Source: Tubiluchus corallicola (lineage: Eukaryota; Animalia; Priapulida). From it: 64,000 bases of DNA. The stretch is from contig JAQGDQ010000109.1 of assembly GCA_030141605.1 (NCBI GenBank), positions 62,001 to 126,000 of the forward strand, in the 5' to 3' direction. The notes beneath the pieces were generated by a model. It was not told the DNA's origin. It worked only from the letters and a program-made list of their open reading frames with translations, and did no database searches. The position numbers and the translations under genes were made by a program. This document shows, piece after piece, positions 26,211 to 46,600 of the stretch; position 1 is the first letter of the stretch; each line of letters starts with the position of its first letter.

Positions 26211-27111
26211 ATTAGCCCCCTATTAGTATTAACCAAATTTGGGTTGCGACATCTGGTGTTAGTGTAAAGCACTTCAAGCAAAATACTGCAGAAACGCAGT
26301 TCCATTTTTTTAATAAATATTTAATAGACTTACTCTTGACCGGAGAAATATCATAACACATACCATATCATACATATCATAGCTACAAACGCCTAAAAAC
26401 CTCAAGAAAATAGGAGTTAAAAATTTGCAAAAACTTTGCAGTTGTATTCAGACCTTGAAATTTGTTCTGCAGGCAAAATGCCTTTTATTTTCACCTATAT
26501 CGTAATGGTTCCGTCCATTAAGAAGCCTGTGCTTGTTAGTTTCGATAGTCATCCCTGGTCAACGGGCAGGTGTGTTTAAGATGTCAGGACCTGTTCCATA
26601 GACCAGCATGGGAGACGCGGGACAAGATTAGTGTTAGGTTTAACTGCAATTTCTTCTTCAGTTTTGGCACTTCTGCAGGCATTTGAGACAGGTACTAACA
26701 CCATGGTGTGTCAACAGGAATTTGAACCTAAGAATACTCGGCCGTACTATTAACTATTCGGTGGTCGCGTGTACCTCCTCTCCATGTACTGTGGTGTGCT
26801 GCGACAAAGTGTATCTCGGCCGTCGCCCTTGGTGCACTCCACCCCAGTACTTGGGAGGGGGTGCAGGACGATCACAAAATAGTCGGAACACACGGAAGTT
26901 GCCACGTAATGTACCACCGCACCGTGTACACGGAAACAGTCAAATGGGCACGTAGTCCCACATAGTGTATCAACATTGAAAGTTGAGTATGTAGTTGTTA
27001 TTATAAATGATAGATGGCGAAACTATGTAATGGTCTTCGCTAAAACCTTGTCAAGACTTTGCAGTAAGTCTAAACTGCTCAAACAATAGGTAGAATGCAG
27101 AAAAGACCAAA

Positions 27112-27256
27112 AGGTATAATCTAGTAGTAATGTGTCCGCTTTTTGTCTGGGAGGTCGTGAGTTCGATACTGCGGCCAGCTTATACCAAAGATTTTAAAAA
27201 TGGTACCTTCTGTTACCCTGCATGGCACGTGGTATGTATTTAGGGTAGAACTGGGC
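27112..27256 (+). mobile_element. tRNA-derived SINE (V-SINE-like central domain)
   Basis: B box GAGTTCGATAC followed by ATACCAAAGATTTTAAAAATGGTACC; same family as 40045-40182. Confidence 0.7.
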
Positions 27257-28599
27257 AATAATAAACTGCGTTATGTAGTTTAAGTTGGTTGTAGAATTAT
27301 TTACTGTCCGCAGAAAGCTCTTTGAGCTTACGTTAATTGTTTATCCAGAAAAACTAAACACCAAAATTCTAAATTGGGTTAATTTATTTTGCAGCATCAA
27401 GGAAATTATGCAGCCTATGATAACTGGCACTGCTGCAGCAAATATTTTACAAACGTGTTTTATAAAATACCCCGCAAATTGCTACTAGCAAGAGACTCAG
27501 ATTAATAGGCTCAGGTGCAAGGGAATCAGCCTCAAGAAGGACCACAGTTTTATTAGTCTATGAACTATAGCTTTATAGTTTTTTAGCCCACCATATTACT
27601 GCTGTTGTTCGGTGGTTACGGTATATCGCCTCGGCATGCAGTTGACTGCATTACAAAAACATTACAAATCACAAAAACCAATGTGTAAACTCGCATAAAC
27701 TTGTCAGCTCTTGCTTTTTTGTGAAATGGAATTATAATTCGTTTTTGAAACATATTTAGCTCTTAATATTCTAACCCCGTATTTACACTTAATCTTGTAT
27801 TTTATTTCATTTTAGTACTGTATTTGTGTTTTATATAGTCTCAGTTACCGGAATAAAAATTTGAATTGAATTTGAATTTGAAACACGCAAATCGTGCAAT
27901 CGCGTTAAAATTGTTTAATTTTTTGTTTTTATCTCGCGACTTTTAACATTTGATTTTTGATTATAACTGTAATGAAAATAAAATTATATTCACTGCTAAC
28001 TACGGTCGACTTTAATAAAGATAAATTGTTTATGAGTGTGTCAAAGTTTAACCCACCACTTAGACGTGACAGCCTTTCCAATCGCTGGCATTCTAAAATG
28101 GTTAAATTAATTTACTTGAGCCCAACTGACGAAGACGAATGGCTACATTACATTAAATTACACGCAGTTTAAGCATAGTCACACGCATAACTACTAATTA
28201 GGTATAATTCACTTACCCTTGTAATTCAATTTCCCTGTAATTTTTCATGAAAAAGCCATAAAATTAAGTTAATTCCCTGTATTTTGTGTTAATAAATAAG
28301 GCATATCAATTCTTGCTCGTAATTGAAAATTAGTAACTAGAGACAAGGCAATTACTCTCATTACTCAACGAGCTGTTTAGACCACAATGCTTACGCACGT
28401 GGAGTGGTTCGAACGTCACCATATGACCCGTGCAGTTGGCTTCTTTTTTACACGTACGTACAATTTCTCAAGTAGGCGCTTCAACGACAAAATTGATGAA
28501 ATTAGTATTATACGTGCGTAAGAAAGGCGAAAAAGAAACAAAAAAACTTTCAAATCAGGCGACGAACTTGGAAACCTTACAAATACAAAATTCTTAATG

Positions 28600-29291
28600 G
28601 TAGTGTACACTACAACCGCTATGTTATCAAACCTGTCTCTGCAAAAAAATATCTGTGACACATAATTCTGGCACTGATAATTATGACATTACACGACAGA
28701 AACGTAGGCTAGCAGCTAGAACTAATATTCTTATAAGAAATTTCAGTCACGGTAGCTTAGCGGTCAGAACTTATTGTACAAGTGCTTATCGGGCGAACTT
28801 GTGGAGAAAGTTCTTTGCATGTATCTTTAATGAATTTAAAGTCACTTATAACAAATGTATTAGGAAATTGGTTTCTCTGCCCCATCATTGCAGTGCAAGG
28901 GAAGTGACAGTAAACCTTGCTATCCCTTATTTTGATGTGTGCTAAGGAAATGTTAATTTCCTTAATATCGCACCCTGAAATGTGCGATATACCTCTCTGA
29001 CATGCTTCAGGCTGGCTGATGTATGTCATACCTCTAAACTTTGCAGCAGGTGGAAGGACACATTATATGTATAATTCTTGTATATCAGAACTCTCTTAGA
29101 CATACTTAAATGTGTAGACCTATGTGTTATGCCTCGTACTCTGTACTATGTAATAATTTTAAATTTATTAATTAGTTTTTTTCTACTAACTCTCATTTAT
29201 CTTTCACCATTTACTTTCATCATTGGACACTCTTACATCTGCACTAAAGCTAAAATCGAATTGAATTGGATTGGATTGGATTGAATTGAAT
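28600..29291 (+). mobile_element. 5'-truncated non-LTR retrotransposon 3' end with (GAATT)n tail
   Basis: ORF2 C-terminal-like text RTYCTSAYRANLW..KVTYNKCIRKLVSLP..CSARE; 3'UTR shared with 41160-41388; tandem GAATT tail. Confidence 0.75.
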
Positions 29292-32200
29292 ACATTCTTT
29301 TGCAAGTTTGGCTTACCACTGAATGGAAAATTCCTCAATTTTATCATTTTTATGCAATTTTCTTTCGTTAGCCGTTTTCATAAATCTAATTAAGTCGAAA
29401 TGAGCGGAGTATTTCAATTGCATTCAAGGACGGCGGTGTTATCATTTTACTACGTAATAAACTAATGTGAGTTAGTCCATGACTAAATACTTAATGGAGA
29501 TTTCTCATCAGACATCCCACGCTAATTGAAAAAGAAAACAGTTTTTTAGCCACATTTGACAAATATCGTAGAAACTTAAGATACAAACGCCCAATGCATT
29601 TGCATTTTTAGTAAGACGTTTTCATTCATGTTTGTCAAAAATTATTGAAGATCGAATCTTGGCTCGAAAACTTTTCATCATTTTCTCTTGCTTTTTTGCT
29701 TTTTTAAAGTCTCTGCTGCAGGCATAACGTTGAATTCCCAAAATCGTATACGAGGTTGTGAAAAACAAAATTTTGAGATTGTTGCAAAACTGAAATGATT
29801 CTCTGTTTTTTGTGATTGGAATAATTATTATGAAATTTCATTCAGTTACGTAGCAAATTAGTAAACCAATCTGCTTATATATCATCAACCATTAACAAAT
29901 TAAGTTAAGTAAATGAAAGAAGATAGCGCTGAAAAAATGCGAGCCAGGCAGAATTCAAACATTTGAGCTACTGGCCCAATATGACAAAGCATTTCTGAAT
30001 ACTCTTCCTAACATTACTCAATCAATCAAGACTCACATATCCACAGTAGACTGAAACTGTTCCTTTTATTGCAGTCTAATTTTAATTTTGTGCTTTAATT
30101 TTTCTATTTTAATATCGGGTACTGGCTTCTGAGGTCAAATCCTATTTGACAAACAATTTTTCACCAACTCTTTTATTTAATTGAGCGTTAAGTTGACGAT
30201 TGATGCAAACCGATTGGTTTGTTAGTTTACTGTGATCATTTACCTTTCAGTGATCAAACTAGAATACCGAACCATAAAAGAATTTGCTGTTCAATAATTG
30301 CTGTTTGAAAAGTTTAAGTTAACGTCGTCATCGTCTGCTGTAGACTGAGAAACTGTTCTGCAGGGAAGGCAGAATTCTAACATGAACATGAAATTCTAAT
30401 ATGAAGTTCCTTTAGCCTCCGGGGCAGTTGGTTCTGTCAACGTTAAAAACACTGTTCTAGGATGCCGACACACGACAAATTGTAGTTCAGAAAATCAAAG
30501 AAGACGGGTCGCAATCGGAATTTTGTCAGCGGTTTAACTGCTAGGAGTAAACAGGGCTACTTTTTAAAGGTGAATCAGCAGACTTGGTTTGTTGTTTTTC
30601 AGCGCAGTTTGTAATTGCTAGCGCAAAGTACAGTGGCACACGTTCAATTCAAGTTAAACATACTGAAATTGTTAGCGAAATGTTATCAGTCGTTTAAGCC
30701 GCAGTTTTAAATGAAAAAACGAGTTTAGTTCACTGCCAAGGTGCTCGTCAAATTGCCATCCTGAGATCTTTTTGCTGATGACTTTTTCACGTCGTTTAAC
30801 TTGATTTGAATAACCGTTACACGCGCACGGCATCAGCTGACTAGGTAGTTGTAGGAGAAAAGTTGGACGCGTGTCAGTATTTAAAAGTTTGACCAAGTAA
30901 ATTTTGAAACACTTACGTCATTTCATGATTTACGTAAATAATCCTGCATTGTAATTAGAAACACAAAAATGTGAAAATTTCCTGTACAATCTCCTCAAAA
31001 AAGAACTAGAACAAATTGGAAAATAACAAAAAATTCAAATAAGAACAAAATTTTTCTTCCCACACATTTCCAAAGTTCCAGTATAATATTATGAATTTAT
31101 TATCATTCATTTCTTGAATGTTATATTGCATTAGTATTACAATTATATTTTTTCTATTGCTAAATTGCTTTTATGATAGTTCAATATAGTTAATACAATA
31201 ACACTGCCAAACGCACTTTTTAACCAAAAACGTAATATCACAACACAGAGCGTAATGATATCTTAATGCAGTTTAGTTACCACCAGTAAAAGAGCTCCAA
31301 CCAAAATTAGTATTCTTTTTGATTTTGTGATCTGCACAACGTTATTCTGTAATCATTGTACCACGCGTGTCACATAAATAGGTAAAAGGTCATTATCCGT
31401 CAAAATAGAATCATCTTTAATTACGCGTTTATAACAGCTGTACGTCAAAAAAGTTTAATAGTGAATATACTGTATCTTTTGGAGCTCACTGCTTTTATTT
31501 ATTTTCAAGTCAGCATATCGTTTGATAAACAATAAATAATTAAAAAGAACAATCTGGACTCATGAGGTCTTTGCTACAATTATTAACTAATAGTTCTAAA
31601 AAAATAAAATGCTAAATCGAATTCAATCCGGTACAGGGTTATGCAAAGCTTTTTAACATATGTTATAACTAACTGTTAGAAATATTCCTGTAGCTATTGT
31701 ACTCGAAATATCCAGGTACCAGTTTAAAACTTTTAGTGACAGACTTTCTTCATACTCGTTTTTGAACATGCAAAAAAATTTGAAACTCCTATAAGGATTC
31801 ATCAAAATCTTCGAAACGATTTTTCAATTGTATAAAATCATTTGTTTTGACAGTACACGGCGTATCACCCCACCGTAACTACTGCATTTAATATCTTCCA
31901 GTTGCTAAACGAATTGGCTAAATGTTTAGAAAGCAAAGTACAAAAGCTCGTGGAATTTTAACGTAAACACAAAAAACTAAAATACTCCCTGTATTGCATT
32001 GTTATCTTAAGTGCAGCATAAACCTGTTAAAATATTAAATAATCTCTCTGAGTTGAATGACAAAAGAAAGAAAGGAGAAACGGAAGAAGAACTAAGATAT
32101 TTGAATTAAACCTATTACGTCACCGTGAATGACCTTCACAAACAAAAAACTCTTAACATAACAAAAACTGTTCAAAATTTTAGGAGGGTCTAAGACACTA

Positions 32201-33638
32201 TAACCGTTACTTTCACTAAACTTATTTCTTAGAGCATAAATTAATTTTTGAACATTCACAAAAGGTTGTTAACGATAACAGTAGGTTTTTTTCCTGCTCT
32301 TGCAAGACAATTTTCACTGCGTGCCTACTGAAAAACTGTTAAATTCTTTTCTGATTGTTTATCTGAAAGTTAGTCCTAAAAACATTGTTAATTAATAGCA
32401 AAAAGAGGTTTTCATCAAGGTAATCGGCAGATTTAGTCTCAATAACTAACACCTTGTGATGAAAATAAATGATCGAAAAAATTAACTTTACCTGGGATTC
32501 ACAGTTTTTTCTCACGTGTTCTTATATAAGGAATTCTTTACAGAAAACCTTGTTTAGATATAAACTGCACAGCCTCATGAACCTGTTTTGAGATTTTTAG
32601 ATGCAGCAATTGTACGATAAACATAGCTCGAAGCATTGTGATGGTTCAAATAGTTAATTCGGTTATGTCTTCATTCATTCTTAATCATTACTTCTTTTTC
32701 CCCCAGTTATTTAAAAGCTTTTATTATTTTTAAAAGACATTTTTAAAAAATGTTTAATTTTTTATTCTTGTCTTTTTGAACACAAAAATGCAGATGAATT
32801 TAACTTTTTATTCCTTAAAGAGTTCCCTTACTGCTGCAATCCACTGTATTTTCATCTAATGATGAAACCTGTTATTGGTTCGAAATATTCTGATTTTAAC
32901 AATTTATAATCACCTCTAAAGCCATTTATTTCACATGTGCAAGACAATGGTCAAATCGTGATAACTTTATTTAATCGCTATAGTGTAAAGGCAAGTTATA
33001 TGCTGGCTTAACCAGGTAAAGTTTTAATTAAAAATTACCAGCTAGATAAGATTTGCATTAATTGTCGCCGTCATCATCACAGTCATCATCTTTTCCTTTA
33101 TTTGATCACCAGTAACAAACGTCTATTGTATTTAAGTGTCCGACATTTCGAAATAATACGCTAAACCACACTTTCTTTATTATTATTGAAAAAAATTACC
33201 GAAATTAAGAGTTTAGAATTAGTATGGGATCGGCATATTTTATACTTCAAAAACTAGCCCTGCAGAATAAAAAGATCACATCATTGGCTTAGAAATGTTC
33301 TGTAATACTGCAGTGTAGACATGTGACCTCAATTTTTCAAAAAAGAACTTATTCTAGAGACTAAAGACAGTAAACAAATTAAAAATACAGCAACAACGTT
33401 GTAGCAGTTAAAATCCAACAAAAATGAAGAAACGAAAAACTTAAATCTTAAAATCTCTCACAGTTGTATAACTTATTATGCATCATTCCAAAAGTGTCAT
33501 TTGCCATTTGGCTACGCGTAATTTGTCATTCTGAACAATCATCATGGCGAGTATGACATAAACTGACTTCTAGTTTTCTGGAATGCGGAATGGGCTGACC
33601 AGCGTCCACTTTAGTTGCTCAATTGCGTTTGTGACAAA

Positions 33639-39549
<5,911 letters not shown>

Positions 39550-40044
39550 CTCTTCTCCTTCTCAACTTGCACCTGTAATCAAAAAGCAATAGTTGAGCAC
39601 AAAGAACAAATTTTCGCTTTGTCTTTTCCAAGCAAAAGTTGCAAGTATATTTCGAAAAGGCAAACAACATGCAACGTAATACCAAGGTTGAAGGACAAGA
39701 TCAATGCATTTTCAACAGGCGCCTAAACAACAATTTAATTTTGTTTGCGTATAATAGCCAATCTTACGCTGCGTACGGTGTCAGCGTATATGCCGCGTAT
39801 AATTAACTGAAATTTATGGTCGCCGAGCCTTTGCGTACTATTTATGCTTACGTATAGCAAGCTAAATTAAACTTGGTGCCAGCTTCTTCAGCTATGTGTA
39901 AATTTTCGGTCATAGTGAATTTACCCATTCATTGATATATTGTAAAGTCATTATTATACATAATAATAATTTCGTTTAGGACACAGGGATAAACACCTTA
40001 AATATCTCAATACTTATTTCAAAGGTCGTCCCCATTATTATTAC

Positions 40045-40182
40045 CCGTATGTTACTTCAATAAACCTGTGTACTTGAACGAAGAACCAGCGGTACCATTT
40101 TTAAGTGTTTGGTATGGCTCGATCGGGAGTTGAATCCGCGTCCTCCCTGTTTGGAAGCGACACGCTACCACTGAGCTATTAT
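40045..40182 (-). mobile_element. tRNA-derived SINE (V-SINE-like)
   Basis: Minus strand: A box TAGCTCAGTGG, B box GGATTCAACTCCC, then ATACCAAACACTTAAAAATGGTACC as in 27112-27256. Confidence 0.75.
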
Positions 40183-41159
40183 ACAAGCTAGTCCAAATGA
40201 ACTTCTTTTTTACTAGTGAAAGCTTTCGTACAAATAACAATAATCCTGCTAGTAGACACAACATTATCTATAGCTATGTTGTAAAGATCACATAAATGCA
40301 CAAAAGCAACACTAAAAAAATAGAAAGTCTGAAACATTTCTGCACCTTTACTAGGACTCAAACCTAAGACCCTTTTACTAACTAATAGCTATGATAACGT
40401 GTTTTAAGTTATACCGTGATATTTGCTTTAAAGTTTTAGTTTACTGCGAACAAAATTTTTTGATTAAAGAGATGAAAACATTTTAATATAAGATAAAGAT
40501 AATAATACTAATTTTTGTATTTCACATTAATATTAATAAATATATTAATACATTTATATTACTAATAATATAAAACTAATTCACATTATTAGCGCATAAA
40601 AATATCATACTTAAAAAGTATACAATCACATATTAAAATCACTGAGGCAAAACAAATAAAACACACAAATTTACAAATACAAACACACAAGTGTACAATA
40701 AAGTATTATGCGTCTGTCATTAAAATACAATTAACGTGATTATAGATAATAATTCAACAAATAAGTGGCAATATAGTAAGCAGCTACATCTAGGTTCAAT
40801 CCATGAGCAGTAACGGACCGTGATTCAATGTCGCTTTGCAAACTGAAATTTCTACAAATCAATTTAACAGAACTGAACAAAACGCGTTCTACACGCGACC
40901 TTTATCTAATGAGACATGGGACTTTCACTGTACGCGAAAAATCTTAATGATATAGGTCTTCTTTTAAAACGCATTGTTACGTACTTAAATTTCTGTTCAT
41001 AATTTATACCTTTAATACCAGGTCTTTGTAAAGCAAAATGGCAAGAAGATGCGTAATATTTTAATAATGTAACGCTGCGTAGCCGAATTTTACATTTTAC
41101 AAGTTTGACTTTCATTCAGTGAGTTTCTGTTAATACTTTCTGTTTCCGTTAAAGTGTAT

Positions 41160-41388
41160 CGTATCTCTAAACTTTACAGCAGGTGGAGGGACATATTATA
41201 TATATAATTCTTGCATATACCAGAACTATCTCAGACGTACTTAAATGTGCTGTGCGTGATCTATATGCATGATTTTTTAATTTATGAATTAGTTTTTTTC
41301 AACTAACTCTCATTTATCTTTAATCATTTACTGTGTGCAACTAAGTTTATGTCTGAAATAAGATTGAAATTGAAGAATTGAATTGAAT
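41160..41388 (+). mobile_element. LINE 3'UTR fragment (same family as 28600-29291)
   Basis: CTCTAAACTTT.CAGCAGGTGGA.GGACA.ATTATAT shared; GAATT tail. Confidence 0.75.
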
Positions 41389-42339
41389 GCTATATGGTAA
41401 CAATGTTGAGCTCTGTAAAGTTAAATTCTACTTTCTTGATGTAAAAAAATTGATAAAAAATACTATTTAGTATTACCAATTAGAGTTAAAAGCGCACGCT
41501 TTCGGAAAAAGTACATTTTTGCTGCTTTGCAAACAAAAATTGGTTTACATTTTCCTGTTATAAAGTGTCAAACCAATCACATCATTACACATCCTGCAGT
41601 AAGTTTTCGAGATCAAAATTAACTCAAAACCGAGCTATCTGCACAATCAGGACACGAAGCATGAGTGTAGTGCCTTTCTTTCTAGGAGTATGAAAATAAT
41701 AATAGTATTGATTTTGCGTGTATTATAAAGGTTTCTATTGCAAGTTATCTGCAACCAACTCAAAGACGAATGCAATATGCGCCAACGTTCTTCAGAAACC
41801 AATTTCGTCTAAATATTGTCGCTAAATAAACGTTTTACATCACCAACAGCCAGCAATGTATGATTAGGAACTGATTATGTGCGTGGAAGAAGCTTTTTAA
41901 AAGGTTTCCTCATTTACTTCTCCAGTGCATTGATAGAAACTTGCAGCTCAAGACTAAAATGTTCCGGAACTTGCTCAGGCCTTCTCTTTCTCGTAGTTTT
42001 TCATTTAATCAATTTAAAATTAGCTAAATAGACAGCTATAATTAATTATTACTTAATAAAGGGTTGCTACAATTTTTATCTTGAATCATTCGATATTCTA
42101 GCTAATCATCTTGACAAATTTCAATACAATCGGAATAACTTTAAAATTAATCAATTAAACGATACTGATTAATTAAGTAGTTAACAAAAGCACTGGTACA
42201 AATTTTTTGTTTTGAACCAAAACATCCTAACTAATCAGTCTACCAATTTACCTTTCGGTGAATGGTCTCCGTAACAATATTTTTGTCACTAATGCAAGTG
42301 CCATTATAATGAAATACATGGTATTCTAATGAGTAGATG

Positions 42340-42557
42340 ATTGAATAAATAAATGAATGAATTAATAAATGAATGAATGAATGAATGAATGAATGAATGA
42401 ATGAATGAATGAATGAATGAATGAATGAATGAATGAATGAATGAATGAATGAATGAATGAATGAATGAATGAGTGAATGAATGAATGAATGATTGAAAGA
42501 ACGAACAAACGAAAGAAAGAAAGGAAGAAAAAAAGAAAGAAAGAAAGAAAGAAAGAA

Positions 42558-42588
<31 letters not shown>

Positions 42589-42593
42589 GAGAC

Positions 42594-42628
<35 letters not shown>

Positions 42629-42712
42629 AAAAAAACAAAAAAGAACGAAGGAAAGAAGGAACGAACGAACAAACGAACGAACGTGAACGAATGAAAGAAC
42701 AAATGAATGAAA
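42340..42712. repeat. (GAAT)n/(GAAA)n/(GACA)n compound microsatellite
   Basis: Direct reading. Confidence 0.97.
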
Positions 42713-43359
42713 CATGAATATGGCAACTATACAAATCATATATTTTGATAATAAAAATCACGTTCCTTGGCAAATGTTAAAAATGACACTCCAAACTTTA
42801 AACTCAATTACATTCATATCACTGACCAATACGACTAATAATGAATGGCATAGATTTATGTGCTGCACTACCATATACGTATTTGCCCATTCTAAAGTAA
42901 ACAGCAACCGTGTTTAATCAGCCATGGCACCTGCACTGAAAGAGAAATAAGTCATTCAATTTATGCTTGTTCAAACTGCAGTTTGAATTTGGGTTGCCAA
43001 ATTCTCACAAAAATAACAAAATGCAATGATGTTGAAGACTTTTTCGGCTTCTGTTTGCGCAGCTTTAGGAAATTAATATTTGCCGTTTTGCCGCACCGTT
43101 ACGGTTGCAATACCGGCTGTTCTGGCAAGTGCAATGGCTGTTAAATCCGCCAGGCTTGGCGCTGAACATTCGTGGTCACTAGTCACCACTTCCATCAGAA
43201 ACGTTAACTTCCGTACATACACGCCAAGTCGTCGTCTAGGTGTTGCTATACATGGCACGTCATACCTGTTGATGCCACGCATTCCTGTCCACCGCCACTG
43301 CCTGCGCCACTGTATCATCCCTCAAATCTTGAGTTTTATTTGCTAAACCTCTCTATACG

Positions 43360-43640
43360 TCAGTAGCTGACTCCTCTCGCCTTTTTTGTCGTTTCAAGAA
43401 TTTTGCGTAATGCTGTTAGAAAAGGCGACTCTTGAGGTAATCTTAGTGCATGCCCATTCCAATGCAATCTTCTTGCTTGTATTTGTTTACTCCAAGGATT
43501 TTTTTCTTGACCACATCGGCGGACCGTCATTAAAAAATTAATATTCTGTGAGGCCATTTAATATCTAACAAGTTCTTATAGAGACATCTTTGAAAAGCTT
43601 AAATTTCCTTCTGCTGTTTAATACAAACGTTAAGTCAACA
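43360..43640 (-). mobile_element. Decayed RTE-like LINE C-terminal fragment
   Basis: WSKQIQARRLHWNGHALRLP matches the RTE-type R(R)L.W.GH..R motif. Confidence 0.7.
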
Positions 43641-46600
43641 AAACTGAACAAATTCATATCCGCGAGCGTAGCGTCGTGATCGTGTTTATACCTAATGTCC
43701 AGATGTCCTGGTCATCACTTTCGAGGCCCTACCCCAGATGTCTATCCCCAGAGTGTCGCGTGCCAAGCATTTTGCATTTGCAAGTTAATATGACTTAATT
43801 CACAGGTGGATAGTGGATACTTAAATTGTCACATTTGGGTATTATCTCAGGCCGCTGCACTCCAACTTTTTAACAATACCATTGTCTGAGTTTTACCCCA
43901 GATGTCCTCATTTGCAATCGTGACTCCACTTACTACAACAGTTTTAGAGTTATTCAGTGTTACGCATTTCGGCTCCTACCTCGGGCCACTAAAAAGAATC
44001 CAAGCTTTTTAAAAGCCCAGAGGCACATTTACCGCCACATTAGTTAAACAGTTATGGAAAAATCGAACTCAAAACCTTAGGAAGAGTTCAATGAATACAA
44101 TCCAAAAACTGACCATTGTCCAATGTCCTTGCCCCTTCACCGTTCAACACATTACTTTCAAGAGCCCTACGACAGGTACCTACCCTGTAAGTTTCGTGCG
44201 TTTGCGAATTAACAAGACTTAAAAAGTAGAAAACTGGATGCCACAATGCAATGATGATCATTATAATGATAACTACGACGACGACGACGATGCGATGACG
44301 ATGAAAAAGCAGCGTATGGGTTCTTCTGGGTCAGGGTTGCTGATAAAAAAGTAGAACTGAACTGAGTGCTACACAGACATAAAAATCAAGATAAAATTGC
44401 AAAAAATATTCATTTAGTGACTCATTTAATTCATTTACTTATCCAAAAGTTAATCATACCGATGGTCAAACACTATGAATCATAAATATGTCTGTAGCCA
44501 CCTGGTTTACCCATTCAAATATCCTTCCATAAGCGCTCAAAAAACTTTGTAATAAAACCCTAAAAATTCTTTAAAATTACTAATGCTTTAACACCTGGTA
44601 TAAACAAATTCTATTGGCTTTACAAGAGATTTTCTTGAGTGTTTATGTAATAATGTAAATCATAGACTGCTTAGTAATATGCGCATTTCTTAAATGTCTT
44701 GTTTTTAACAATTGCATGTACTGCGGCTAAAAATCTTCCTAAACCTTTGAAGTTTTCTCTAGTATACATACATTTCTGAAGTACAAAAATACTTGGTGGA
44801 CTCAAAAAAAAGTCTGTTAATAGTCCTTTTCAGGAATTAACTTATTTTTTAACACTTAAGTACATTATCCCCTGACATAAGTTGCATCCCAATTTTCTTG
44901 CTTTTGCCATAAAAAATGAAAGTCGCAACATCTCTGCTGACGTAACATGATGTCATATCTATGGCTTCAGTTAACATAATACAAATTCGCCCTTTGTTTT
45001 GTAATTGTAGCGATTTCCCACGTTTCAGTGAAGTCGTAGAAAACAGGTTTTTGTTTGAAGCGAAGCTGAAAGCTCTGTTAGAGTAAGATAACGAGATGGA
45101 CTGTACTGTTGATCCAACCAAAATCACTAGGTATAACGGAAAATAATATAAATTCAATTTTTCTCAAACGCTAAGGAATTCTGTGCCTGATTAGGCAGTT
45201 AAATTGCTAGCTTTGCGTACACCAAACAAAATTACTAGATAGCGGTGGTTCAAACAGCCTAACCGTTACACAGCTTTTCATTTGTTTCTAAGACGTGTTA
45301 ACAGATTTGCGACAAATGTAAAAATTAATCTTTGTGGCGGGTAGCTGAACAGTCACACAATGGCTTACATGCCCAGTTTTGTTTGTTAGATTTTCCGTTT
45401 TGTTTGTTCTTGCATCCATTTTACTACCTGCGACTACGTCACAATGACGTCGCGGTGACGCCACACTTCTGATTTTACATTGTAATTAAATTAATAAGTT
45501 TATTCATTAAACATGTTTAAAAATGCTATTTACAAAGTACTGTGAGAGTGATATTGTGGCGACTAATAAATGCATTTATAAAAACTGTAAAATGAAGCAA
45601 ATGTGAGCGTGTCTCGTTTTTAAAATTTAGTCATAATGACTTGACAACGCTGACTAGCTAATATTAAAATCCTACATTTTGTAAATTTTAATGGCTGCTT
45701 TTTTGCAATTAGCATAAATAGTACACAGTTATTATAATACAGAAAATTGCAGACCGACAGGACGCCTATTTCCGCTCCAATATTTCAAACCAATCGCGCA
45801 ATTTCGTGTTCAGAAAAAATGTGCCTGCAAAAGAGATGCATTGAGTACATCGCAGGTGATTTCAAGACATTTCACCCGCATTTTGCAGAAAAAATCGCAC
45901 TCTCGTGATTTTCGCGAAATAATTGATTTCTCGTGCATTATTGAAAACCTGCTTTCCTGTCTTTGACACGTTCAGGTAACGAGACTTCCACTGTGATCAC
46001 AGCAACCACTCTTTCCCACACAAATCAAGCGCTTCGATTCAAGTCAGCGCTGCTTTATTATTAAGAACTCTTCTCAAGCTTATACTATAACCACAGCAAA
46101 GCTATAATTTCTTGGAAGCATTAGGTCTATAGTAAAGACGTTGGCATAATGGACACTTCAAGGTTTACTTTGGCAGAGAATCTTGGTCAACTTCTGTCTT
46201 GGCAAATATAGAGTGTTTATCATTATCAAATAGGCGTAAAAGTGCTTTTACGCACCTACGTTCGGCAAGAATAAACTGATGACCGGTACTTAAGAAAGTG
46301 ATAAAACATAAAATAAAACAATTAAAGGAAAAGTAAACGTGTTTTATTTAACTTTGTAATTTCGCTTTACAACAAATGCTATCAATATCAGTGAAATATC
46401 AAAAACGAACATATTCGTTTTCGAAAACGAACAAAAAACTAAGTAACGTGTCTCAAAGTATTAGTAAACTTGTCAGTGCCCACGCACAAGGCTTTTTTAT
46501 ATATATTTGCACCATATATATTTCTATAAGACTTAATCTTGTTTATTTTGATGTGATTCAGAAAAAAATGTGCATATAGTTCATACTTCAGACTGAATAA

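Noticed and set aside
26500-26960. GC-richer segment with a 90-aa ORF
   Set aside because: No recognisable motif on either strand; probably a repeat remnant.
40120-40182. tRNA gene
   Set aside because: Has A and B boxes but no convincing cloverleaf, and runs into a SINE body shared with 27112-27256.
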